Positions 53,751-64,000 of a stretch of 64,000 bases of DNA are shown here, in pieces (position 1 is the first letter of the stretch; every line of letters starts with the position of its first letter). This DNA comes from Mustelus asterias (lineage: Eukaryota). The stretch lies in contig NC_135820.1 in NCBI RefSeq assembly GCF_964213995.1, positions 13,144,001 through 13,208,000 of the forward strand. Reading direction: 5' to 3'. The translations under genes were made by a program, and so were the position numbers. Below the pieces are notes generated by a model that saw nothing but the letters and a program-made list of their open reading frames with translations, was not told the origin of the DNA and did not search any database.

Positions 53751-54230
53751 TCAAGTGAAGGGGTTTGAGGGCGGGCAGTGATGTAGTAACGGCCCATGGA
53801 CTGTGAAAGGATCCTTGAAAAACTTTAAGAGACCATCTGTTAATTGTTGAGACTGTCCTTTGATGGAAGGGTCCGCCTGAGCAAGGAACAGGTGGGCGAG
53901 AAAACCCACAGACTTAGCTCGGAAGCCTGGGTTAACAGTTAGGGTGATATGTGGTGACACCAATCCTGAGTGGTGCCACAGATGGTGCCAAACTTGGACC
54001 AGGAAGGCAGTGCCTTCTTTACCTTCGATAAAACCCATAACCGTAATAGGTATGCATGAGTCAATATTAGGGGCATAGCTGGCGGCGAGTTCTGTGGAGG
54101 TGCCGGTGGGATCATAACAGAGGGTGACGTGAGGGGTAGGGATCTGCAAGGGAGGTGAAAAATCCTGGGGTGATGGGTTTACAGCCCACCACTGTGGTGG
54201 GTAAAAGAGCAGAAACTGACGTCCTATAGT
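53751..54230 (-). pseudogene. 2H phosphoesterase-like domain between protease and RT
   Basis: PHVTL (His at 54131-54129) and PHITL (His at 53951-53949), 60 aa apart, followed by V.PG..AK.VG. Confidence 0.8.
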
Positions 54231-54594
54231 AGGCTGATACCATCCTCTAGGCATACAATTTCAACCTGTACGGGACAGAGCAGATCTCGACCCGCTAGGT
54301 TGATTACCAACCCTGGAGTTTGGGCGAAGGGGAGGACACAGGTCCGATCCCCAAACTCTACAGTCAGGGGTGCAGTGAGGGGATAGGCACGTTTCGGTCC
54401 AGAAACGCCACTTAGAGTGGCTAAAAACTTAGAAAGTGAAAAAAAAACACGTTCCTCTACAAAGGAGGCATCCATGGTAGAGGTGGTGGCACCTGTATCT
54501 TTCATAAAAGGGATGGAGCAGCCCTCTAATATGAGCTCCATCATTGGCTCGTCTCCCGATTGTTAGACAAAACTGGCATGTTATGAGGGGATAC
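54231..54594 (-). pseudogene. pro: ERV aspartic protease
   Basis: FMKDTGATTS active site and NLAGRDLL. Confidence 0.93.
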
Positions 54595-56638
54595 TCAACC
54601 TGAGAAGGTATTGGAGGTGGAGAATGGTTGTCTCCTTCATCGGGGTCCCTGCGGGTCCTCTGGGCCGGGATGCAGACAATCTCTCTTCCAGTGATCGATA
54701 CACCCGCAGTTGACGCATCCCTGTCCCGTGCGGAGAGGTCCTCCATGGGCAGGTGGGGCAGGAGCCTGCGGGAACGGCGCATAGCGGGGAGCCGAAATGG
54801 GGCGCTCTCGGACAAGCAGGTGGGCCTGGGCCTGAGGGAACGGTGCATAAGGGGGGCGAAATGGGACGCACTCGGACCATTGGGGTGGGTGGGGTAGCCC
54901 GCACCGCAGTTGTCTACCCATCCGGGAACAGGTCATTGGGGCATCATCTGATATGCCTGGTTGTTAAGGCGGGTTCTCCGTTGCCGAGGAGGGCGTGTAC
55001 CATCTCATGTTTAACCTTCGTGGGATAAGATTCTTTAAAAGAATACCAATAATACGTTAAAGCTTTTCCCATTTGGGGCTTGGTATTGTCTGGCCAGTCC
55101 ATATTGTTAGTTCGGATAGCAGCCACCTCAGGGATACATTGTAACAGGAGGGCATTAAATTGAGGTGAGGCTTGTCCTCCGTTATAAGCCGCATCTCCCG
55201 CAAAGTGGCGTATGTAGAGCAAAACGGGTCCCAATAATCAGGGCCATCATCGCCTGGTTTAGGTTTCCATTCCAGGACCTTTGTTACGTCAATAGGTTGT
55301 TGCATTGTCCGCTTAAGAGCTTCACTAGTCTGAGTGACCTGCTGCTGTGGTTGATTTATTGCTCTGGAAAAAAACAGTCCAATCCTGATGTTCCATGTGG
55401 GCCTTTCACCTTGCACACTCACTGGGTGTCAAGGCCATACAACATAGACTAAAAAGGTCCGGTGGTGTAGCCTGGTATATCTGGATGTTGCCCACAATAT
55501 ATTCAATAAAGTCTTCGGGACGAGTTTTGACATTTGGGGCATGTGACATGATTAGGCACATCTCCTGGGTTTCCAAGGAGCATACACCTGGATGGAATGT
55601 TGGGCTCCGGGAACGTTGGGACCTGCTGCAGGATTGGGGACTGTTCGGTTGGAGAACTGTCTATTGGGAGGGTGAGAACGCCCTGGAGTGCTCTTCCGTC
55701 CGGGGGCTATTCGTGCGGGTTTTGCCTCGGTTGTGCCCTCCCAAATGGGGTCGTCTGCGTCAGTTGCTCTATTTGAGTCGTCAAAGTCATCATCATCGTC
55801 TGTGCCGTGTCTAGCTCTCTGCATCATTTGGAAGGGACTGCGCGTGTTTGGGATCTTTCCTTTCTGACGAGTCCTGGTATGAGACTTTGTGCCAGAGGCA
55901 GGAGAATCATGGAAAGCCGCTGCTGGCGGTGGTGCCGGTGGCGACAGGGGGTTAACTAGAGGTGGACTATAAGCCGGAGGAACGGCGGACGGAGCAGGTG
56001 GTGCCGGTGCCAATGGCACGGGTGTTTCGAAAGGAGCAGTTGGGTAGAGGATCCAATCATCATCTTTGTCGTCGGTGTCATTTGTTTCGAAAAACATCGG
56101 CAAGCCAGATAAGTCAGGAGGTACCTCACGTTTCTGATGCTTTATTTCTTCGGCCTGTCTTTCTAATCGTTTCTTTCTTATCTCTATCTTACTTTTCTAA
56201 CCTCTCTTGTTCTGCTTCTCGTATTTTCTCGTTCTGCTTTTCTAACCTCTCTTTTCTGCTTCTCGTATTTTTCACATTCCCATTTCAATTTTTCCCAGGA
56301 TCTGGGTTCACCCTCATTATCACATTTACCTATCCCCTGTCGACGTGCATTGTCCTCCCAACTGGCCAGTTTTGACTTCTCAGTTAGTTCAATAGCTGTC
56401 TTGCTCCAAAGGGACATTAATACTTTCCATTTACTTCCCATATTTCGTTTCCAAACAGCCTCTTCGGCTTTAATGCACCTCCCCAGATCCCAGGTTCCCA
56501 CTAACGGCCAACTTTCGTTTCCTTTTTTTTATTCAGGCAACCCGCCAGCCATCTTAAATGTTTCTCCTCAGCTGGGTGCTGAAGACAGTGGGTATATAAG
56601 GGGCTTCCGGACCCTGACTTATCAAGGGTATGACCCAT
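54595..56638 (-). pseudogene. gag: ERV gag, disrupted
   Basis: Start MGHTLDKS (N-terminal Gly), WPLVGTWD matrix motif, PTAP and PPAY late domains, YAPWKP capsid start, single CVNCGCIDHWKRDC zinc knuckle and probable TGA stop at 54597-54595. Confidence 0.92.
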
Positions 56639-56669
56639 ATTTTAGTTCGTTTAAATATGAGGTTACTTC

Positions 56670-56945
56670 AGAGGACTCGAACTTCAATGGTTACCGACCG
56701 AGGGACTCGAACCCTGAGGTTAACGGGGGACTCGAGCCTCCGTTATCTTAACAAATAAACCTGGGGACTCGAACCACCAGGCCACCCGGGGGACTCGCAC
56801 CACCCGGTGTCTTCACAAATAAACCTGGGGGCTCGAACCACCAGGCCACTCGGGGGACTCGAACGACTCTGTGTCTCAACAAATAAACCTGGGGACTCGA
56901 ACCACCAGGCCACTCGGCGGACTCGAACCACCCGTTGTCTTCACA
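56670..56945 (-). repeat. ERV leader tandem array (3 x 64 bp plus 3 extra hairpins) of TTCGAGT-loop hairpins
   Basis: Units start at 56751, 56815 and 56879 on the plus strand. Nine GG(T/C)TCGAGTCC-like motifs in total. Confidence 0.92.
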
Positions 56946-57253
56946 AGTTTGTTTCGAGTGGAGCAAGCTGAGAGGAGCGACTTGTGGAAGGAGCTTTTTA
57001 ATGGTAAGAGTTTTACTTGCTGCACCTGGTTTTTAGCGCAGTTTTTGTTTTTAAAAGTTTATTACTTTTAACGGTAAAAGCGGAAGTAGGCCGCTGGGTG
57101 ACCTGGAAAGGGGTCATTTAGCGCGCGAGGTTTTAGAAGGCCTCGATTCAGCGGGCAGTGTTGTAGCGGGCAGCGGAGTGAGCAGATAGCAGACTGAGAG
57201 CTGAAGGGCTTTTGCTCAACGGGCTTAGGAGGAATCGTGCGAGGCAGGGTAGG

Positions 57254-58180
57254 AAGGCGAAACTGGGGTCATCAGTAAGTTTGCAGACGACACAAAATTG
57301 GCAGGACTTGCAGATAGTGAGGAGCATTGTCAGAAGCTACAGAAGGATATAGATAGGCTGGAAATTTGGGCAAAGAAATGGCAGATGGAGTTCAATCCTG
57401 ATGAATGTGAAGTGATGCATTTTGGTAGAAAGAATGTAGGGAGGAGCTATACGATAAATGGCAGAACCATAAAGGGTGTAGATACGCAGACGGACCTGGG
57501 TGTGCAATTCCACAGATCCTTGAAGGTGACGTCACAGGTGGAGAAGTTGGTGAAGAAGGCATATTTCATGCTTGCCTTTATAGGACGGCGCACAGAGTAT
57601 ACAAGTTGGGGTCTGATGTTGCCGATGTATAGAACGTTGGTTCGGCCGCATTTGGAATACTGCCTCCAGTTCTGGTCGCCACACTACCAGAAGGACGTGG
57701 AGGCTTTGGAGAGAGTGCAGAGGAGGTTTACCCGGATGTTGCCTGGTATGGAGGGGCTGAGTTATGAGGAGAGATTGGGTAAACTGGGGTTGTTCTCCCT
57801 GGAAAGACGGAGCATGAGGGGAGACTTAAGAGAGGTGTATAAAATTATGAAAGGCATAGATAGGGTGAACGGTGGGAAGCTTTTCCCCAGGTGGGTGGTG
57901 GCGTTCACGAGGGGTCATAGGTTCAAGGTGAAGGGGGGGAGGTTTAACACAGATAACAGAAGGACATATTTTACACAGAGGGTGGTGGGGGCCTGGAATG
58001 CGCTGCCAAGCAAGGTGGTGGAGGTGGACACACTGGGAACGTTTAAGACTTATCTGGATAGCCATATGAACGGAGTGGGAATGGAGGGATACAAAAGAAT
58101 GGTCTAGTTTGGACCAGGGAGCGGCACGGGCTTTCAGGGCCGAAGGGCCTGTTCCTGTGCTGTATTGTTCTTTGTTCTTT
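57254..58180 (+). mobile_element. CR1 3' fragment nested in the 5' UTR of the full-length CR1
   Basis: ISKFADDTK, 269-aa open frame (WQMEFNPDEC, HLEYCLQFWSP) and a TTGTTCT tail. Confidence 0.93.
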
Positions 58181-58243
58181 AAAGAAAAAAAATCTCTTTT
58201 TCAAATTTAAATCTTACTTCTTTCCCTCTGAAATCTGAGGAAA

Positions 58244-59165
58244 ATGGGCATTATGATCGTGAAACCAGTTTGCTGTTCTCAGTGCTGGACGAGGGAGGTC
58301 GTGGAGTCTCCTCGCCTCCCAAAAGTGCATATCTGCGCTGGGTGCATCGAGCTGCAGCTCATAAGGGACTGAGTTAGAGAACTGCAGCTGCAGCTCAAGG
58401 ACATGCGTCTGGTCAGGGAAAACGAGGAGGTGATAGATAGGAGTTATAGGCAGGCGGTCACACCGGCGCCACAAGAATCAGGCAAGTGGGTCACCGGAAA
58501 GGGAAAAGTCAAGCGGTAGAGGGTACCCCAGTGGTTGAGCCCCTTAAAAATAAGTACTGTTGTTTGAGTAATGTTGGGGTGGACAGCCCACCTGGTGGAA
58601 GCAGCAGTGGTAGTCCCTCCGGCGTGGAGTCAGGCCTTGTAGCACAGAAGGGTAAGGAAAGGAGGAGGAAGGCAGTGGTGATAGGGGACTCTAGAGTGAG
58701 GGGGTCAGACAGGCGTTTCTGTGGAGGGAGTTGAGAAACGCGAATGGTGTTTTGCCTTCCTGGTGCCGGGATCAGGTATGTTTCTGACCGTATCCAAGAA
58801 ATCCTGAATTGGGAGGGAGGGGAGCCAGAGGTCGTGGTGCATACTGGTACCACTGACATAGGCAGGAAAGGGGAAGGGGTTATGAAAGGAGAATATAGGA
58901 AGTTAGGTAGAGAGTTAAGAAGAAGGAACGCAAAGGTAGTAATCTCGGGATTGCTGCCTGTGCCACGAGACAGTGAGGGAAGGAATGTAATAAAGTGAAG
59001 GGTAAATGTGTGGCAGAGGGATTGAAGCAGGGGTCAGGGATTCACGTTCCTGGATCATTGGGACCTCTTTAGGGGCAGGTGCGACCTGTACAAAAAGGAA
59101 TTAAATCCCAGGGGGACCAATATCCTGGCGGGAAGTTTTGCTGGACTACTGGGTAGTGTTTAAAC
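58244..59165 (+). pseudogene. CR1 ORF1 (zinc finger, coiled coil, SGNH esterase)
   Basis: VCCSQC...HICAGC, LQL..heptads, VIGDS, CLPGA and VVVHTGTTDIG. Confidence 0.88.
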
Positions 59166-59289
59166 GAGAATGGTTGGGGGGCGGAATCAAAATGAGGTGA
59201 CTGGGAGACAGGAAGTTAGCTTAAAAAAAGGGGCTTGTAGACAGTATGAGAGGGAGGATACACAGGTGACGGAGAAGGGAAGCGCTCAG

Positions 59290-61893
59290 AACGAAGGGTT
59301 GAGATGTGTTTATTTTAACGCAAGGAATGTGGTGAACAAAATGGATGAGCTTAGAGCGTGGACACTACTTGGAAGTGTGATGTGGTGGCCATTACAGAGA
59401 CTTGATCATCTCAGGGACAGGACTGGATACTTCAAGTGCCGGATTTCAGATGTTTCAGGAGGGACAGGGAAGGAGGCAAAAGAGGTGGGGGAGTGGCACT
59501 GTTGATCAGGGATCGTGTCACGACTGTAGAAAAGAAGGACGGCAGAGAGGGATTGTCAACGGAATCTCTGTGGGTGGAGGTTCACAAAAGGAAGGGGTCA
59601 ATAACATTACTGGGTGTTTTCTATAGGCCGCCCAGCAGTAGCAGGGATGTGGAGGAGCATATTGGGAAACAGATCCTCGAGAGACGTGATAAGAACAGAG
59701 TGGTCGTGATGGGAGATTTTAATTTCCCAAATATCGATTGGAATATCCCTGGGGTAAGGGGTTTTGATGGGGAGGAGTTTGTTAGGTGTGTTCAGGAGGG
59801 CCTTCTGACACAGTATGTGGATAAGCCTACAAGAGGAGAGGCTGAAATTGATTTCGTATTCGGGAATGAACCTGGGCAGGTGTCAGACCTCTCATTCGGA
59901 GAGCATTTTGGGGATAGTGATCATACCTCTATCTCCTTTACATTAGCATTGGAGAGAGATAGGATCAGTCAAGCTCGGAAAGTGTTTGTTTGGAGTAAGG
60001 GCAATTATGAGGCTTTTAGGCAGGAAATTAGAGGCATGAATTGGAAGGAGGTTTTCTCAGGGAAATGTACAGAAGAAATGTGGCAAATTTTCAAGAAACA
60101 TCTGTCTGGAACTCTGCACAGCAACGGTCCAATGAGACACGGGAGTTATGGCAGGTTACAGGAAACATGGTGCACGAAAGCTGTAACGATTTTAGTCAAG
60201 AAGAAAAGAAAAGCCTCCAGAAGGTTCAGGGACCTAGGTAATGTTAGAAATCTAGCAGAGTATACGGCTAGTAGGAATGAACTTAAGAGGGAAATTAGAA
60301 GAACAAGAACGGGTCATCAGAAGGCCTTGGCAGACAGGATAAAGGAAAACACCAAGGCATTCTACAAGTATGTTAAGAGCAAGAAGATAAGATGTGAACG
60401 AGTAGGACCTATCAAATGTGACATTGGGAAAGTCTGTCTAGAACCGGTAGAAATAGCAGATGTACTCAATGAATATTTTGCTTCAGTATTCACAGTGGAA
60501 AAGGATCTTGGTAGTTGCAGGGCAGACTTGCAGTGGACTGAGAAGATTGAGCATGCGGACATTAGGACAGAGAATGAGTTGGAGCTTTTGAAAAGCATCA
60601 AGTTAGATAAATCGCTGGGACCGGATGGGATGTACCCCAGGTTATTGTGGGAGGCGAGGGAAGAGATTGCTGAGCCTCTGGCGATGATCATTGCGTCATC
60701 ATTGGAGACGGGAGAGGTTCCGGAGGATTGGAGGCTTGTGGATGTGGTTCCGTTATTCAAGAAAGGGAGAAGAGATGGCCCGGGAAATTATAGACAAGTG
60801 AGTCTAACCTCAGTGGTTGGTAAGTTGACGGAGAAGATTCTGAGAGGCAGGGTTTGTGAACATCTGGAGAGGAATAGTACGATCAGAAATAGCGAGCACG
60901 GATTTGTCCCAACCAGATCATGCCTTACGAGCCGAATTGAATTTTTTGAAGATGTAACGAGACACATCGATGAGGGAAGAGCGGTAGATGTAGTTTAAAT
61001 GGATTTCAGCAAGGCGTTTGATAAGGTGCCCCATGCAAGGCTTATTGAGAAAGGGAAGGTGCCTGGGATACAAGGGGACATTGCCTTGTGGATTCAGAAC
61101 TGGCTTGCCCACAGAAGGCAAAGAGTGGTTGTAGATGGGTCTTTTTCAGCATGGAGGTCGGTCACCAGTGGAGTGCCCCAGGGATCTGTTCTGGGACCCT
61201 TACTCTTTGTGATTTTTATAAATGACCTGGATGAGGAAGTGGAAGGATGGGTTGGCAAGTTTGCTGATGACATAAAGGTTGGTGGTGTTATCGATAGTGT
61301 AGATGGATGTCAGCAGTTGCAACGAGACATAGATAAGATGCAAGACTGGGCGGAGAAGTGGCAGATGGACTTCAACCCAGATAAGTGTGTGGTGGTTCAT
61401 TTTGGCAGGTCGAATAGGATGTAGGAATATAATATTAAGGGTAAGACGCTTCGTAGTGTGGAAGATCAGAATGATCTTGTGGTCTGGGTTCATAGGACTC
61501 TCAAAGCACCGTCGCAGGTAAAGGCTGGGGTTAAGAAGGCGTATGGAATACTGGCATTCATCAATAGAGCAATTGAGTTTAGAAATCGGGAGATAACGCT
61601 GCAGCTGTATTGGACCCTGGTCAGACTCCTCCTGGAGTACTGTGCACCGTTCTGGTCGCCTCATTACAGAGAGGATGTGGAAGCCGTAGAAAGGGTGCAG
61701 AGGAGATTTACAAGGATGTTGCCTGGATTAGTTTGCATGCCTTATGAGGATAGGTTGAGAGAGCGAGGTCTTTTCTCCTTGGAGAAGCGAAGGATGAGAG
61801 GTGACCTGAAAGAGGTGTATAAGATGTTGAGAGGTATTGATAGAGTGGATTTTACCCAGGGCTGAAATGTTTGCCACAAGAGGTCACAGGTTT
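59290..61893 (+). pseudogene. CR1 ORF2 (APE endonuclease + RT)
   Basis: YFNARN, GGGVAL, MGDFN, SDH, DFSKAFD, GVPQGSVLGP and FADD. Few stops. Confidence 0.95.
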
Positions 61894-62910
61894 AGCTCCC
61901 TCTGTGACTGCACGATGGACTATCTAACCCACAGGCCACGAGAAATAAGGATAGGCAACAATATCTCCAAGATCATCTTCAATACCAATGCGCAGCATGG
62001 ATCATTCCTTAACCCCTGATTATATTCCTTATACATCGATGACTGTGTGGCCAAATTCCTCTCTAACTTTTTATTCAAGTTTGATAATGTGAACAGCCTC
62101 GGGATGTTGTCATTATGTCACAAACAATGATGACACCGAGTACAGGAAACACGTTCAGAATCTGGTGACATGTTGCGATAGCAAGAATCTCACCCTCAAT
62201 TTCAGCAAAACGAAAGAGATCGCCATGGACTTAAGGAAGCGTATTGGAGCACATGTTTCTACCCACATCAACGGGAGTTGAGTGCAAATGGTCGAAAGCA
62301 GCAAGCATTTGGTGTCCAGTTCTCCAACAATCTGTACTCGCCCCTCCACATCGACGGGAAAGTTCCCAAAGTTTTTCATCTCCCTGGAGGCTAAGGATAT
62401 TTGGTATGTCCACTAAGATTCTGACCAACCTTTGCAAATGTATTTTTCCTCTGGTTGTGTCACAGCTTGGTATGGCTCTTGCTGTGTCCACCTGTGCTGG
62501 AAACTACAAGGGGCGATGACTGGAGCCAGTTCATCACGCAAACCAGCCTCTCATCCATTTCCTTTGCCTGCACTTTCCGCTGCCTCGGCGAAACAGTTTA
62601 CATAATCAAAACCCCTCACACCCTGGACACACTCTCTCCCACCTTCTGCCTTTGGGAGAATGATATAAAATCTGAGCTCATGGACCAACCGACTCAAGAA
62701 GAGCTTCTTCCCTGCTGCTGTCTTCAGCTTTCTGAAGCAATTACCGTATATTTAGTTGATTAATCTTTAATCTATACCCTAGCTATCACTGTAATACTGG
62801 ATTTTACACCTTCTCCTTTACTTCTCTATGTACGATATACCCTTCTGCACAGTGCACAAAGAACAATACTTTTCACTGTGTGCTAATACACGTGGCAATA
62901 AAAAAAACTG
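61894..62910 (+). mobile_element. Rex1/Babar- or L2-like LINE, right part (continues 46570-47161)
   Basis: SSLCD..MDYLTHRP..IRIGNN...FNTNAQHG (compare NTGAPQG), LN.SKTKE and a 3' tail like that of 2020-2560. Confidence 0.8.
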
Positions 62911-64000
62911 ATCAATGTCCACTTATATAGCAATTAATGATGCTATCACTGTGCTCACATGTCTTCGTATGAGCAAACTTGTTGCATATAGAGAGAGAGG
63001 TTGGACAGATGCATCTGGCGAGAAAAACAAATGCTTTTATGTGTGTGTGCATCATTGACTTCTTCAAGATACATTTCCTATCGGATATTCCAAAATCAAA
63101 GCAATCATAATCTGTGTCCAATGCAAATAACGTTTCAGTTCACTTTTTTTATGCATTATCATTTTATTATTCTCTGAAATTCCTCACCTTTCACGTTGAG
63201 GGCGTTTCTTAATGTCCTTATCTCTGAAAAAAATAACATGCACATTTAGAAATTCCATCTGACCCATTACACTATTTGTGTCTCAACTTCAGTTACACAC
63301 TTTGATCAGATGCCAAAATTGTTTTACATAGGCAAAGGTGTTGCCTCCAGACCTGACGTCCCTACTGCTGACCCCCACCGCATAAACATCGGAAACAAGA
63401 GGGAAGCAAATTCGAATTAGCGGAATTTGCTAGACTCGGATTTGACCAAGTATTTCTTGGTTAATTTCCGACAGTCACTGTTCGCTCAGAAGCTGCTTAC
63501 CTATAGAAATTCAAATAGCTGTCTTTCCTCGAAAATTTCGGTAACCTGATCGACGGTTAAACACTTCCAGTGTTATGCATTCCTACAATGCGAATTGTTT
63601 GCAATCAATCATTTTATTTCTGGGTGGTCCCGCCTTCAGTTGCCTCGCCCTGAATTCTGCTGTTCCATCTTACATGAGTCACGATGCGATTTATTTTGAT
63701 AAGAAAAACAGGATGGATCAAATGCAAAGGGTTATTTTGATTGTGGAATATGCAACAGTGGACTGAATTGTCCATCGGCTTGGATTTCTAATTGGAACAA
63801 ACAATGCAAGAAGCTGTCAGTGGTTCGATGTTCGCATTATGAATTTCATGTGTGATATATAAATAAGCTGGAGTTTGTTGTCAAGTTGATGGTTTGTTCA
63901 AATGCGTAATATTGTTTCCAAATCTGTCCGCCTACCGTTAGGTAATCATGCCAAGAACATGACAGCCTGAAGTGAAGTGGAGAATCTGATGCTTCAAGTG

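Larger units (their letters stand above)
47162..56946 (-). mobile_element. Class I (gamma/epsilon-like) endogenous retrovirus, decayed, 5' LTR missing
   Basis: Collinear leader-gag-pro-RT-RNase H-IN-env-PPT-LTR on the minus strand. Confidence 0.96.
56947..61893 (+). mobile_element. Near full-length CR1 (5' UTR, ORF1, ORF2) lacking its 3' end
   Basis: GC-rich 5' UTR at 56947-57253. ORF1 and ORF2 motifs present. Closely similar to 10523-13400. Confidence 0.95.

Noticed and set aside
55962-56751. Plus-strand ORFs antisense to gag as accessory genes
   Set aside because: Composition mirrors the purine-rich gag strand, with no recognisable motifs.
56751-56945. Possible CRISPR array
   Set aside because: The units are complete tandem repeats with no unique spacers, there are no cas genes, and the context is a eukaryotic retroviral leader.
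56670-56945. tRNA genes suggested by GGTTCGAGTCC motifs
   Set aside because: Only T-arm-like hairpins are present, with no acceptor, D or anticodon arms.

Overview
Eukaryotic, repeat-dense genomic DNA. The HE1-like tRNA-derived SINEs, CR1 LINEs and Penelope-like element point to a cartilaginous fish (shark); this is inferred from the repeat families. I could not support any host protein-coding gene. The main structure is a nested stack at about 46.6-62.9 kb: an old Rex1/Babar- or L2-like LINE was interrupted by a decayed class I (gamma/epsilon-like) endogenous retrovirus on the minus strand (leader-gag-pro-pol-env-PPT-3'LTR). The provirus was then hit by a CR1 inside RT (4-bp TSD) and by a near full-length CR1 in its leader, which carries another nested CR1. 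A deletion then apparently removed the 5' LTR. Two proviral features stand out. One is a 2H phosphoesterase-like domain (two HxT motifs) between protease and RT. The other is a leader array of nine GG-TTCGAGT-CC-type hairpins that resemble tRNA T-arms and Pol III B boxes, interleaved with A-box-like motifs. Other oddities are a ~720-bp foldback with an embedded perfect hairpin (20.4-21.1 kb) and a 62-bp near-identical duplication inside an old LINE. Boundaries of decayed repeats are approximate, and all family assignments come from motif recognition, not database searches.
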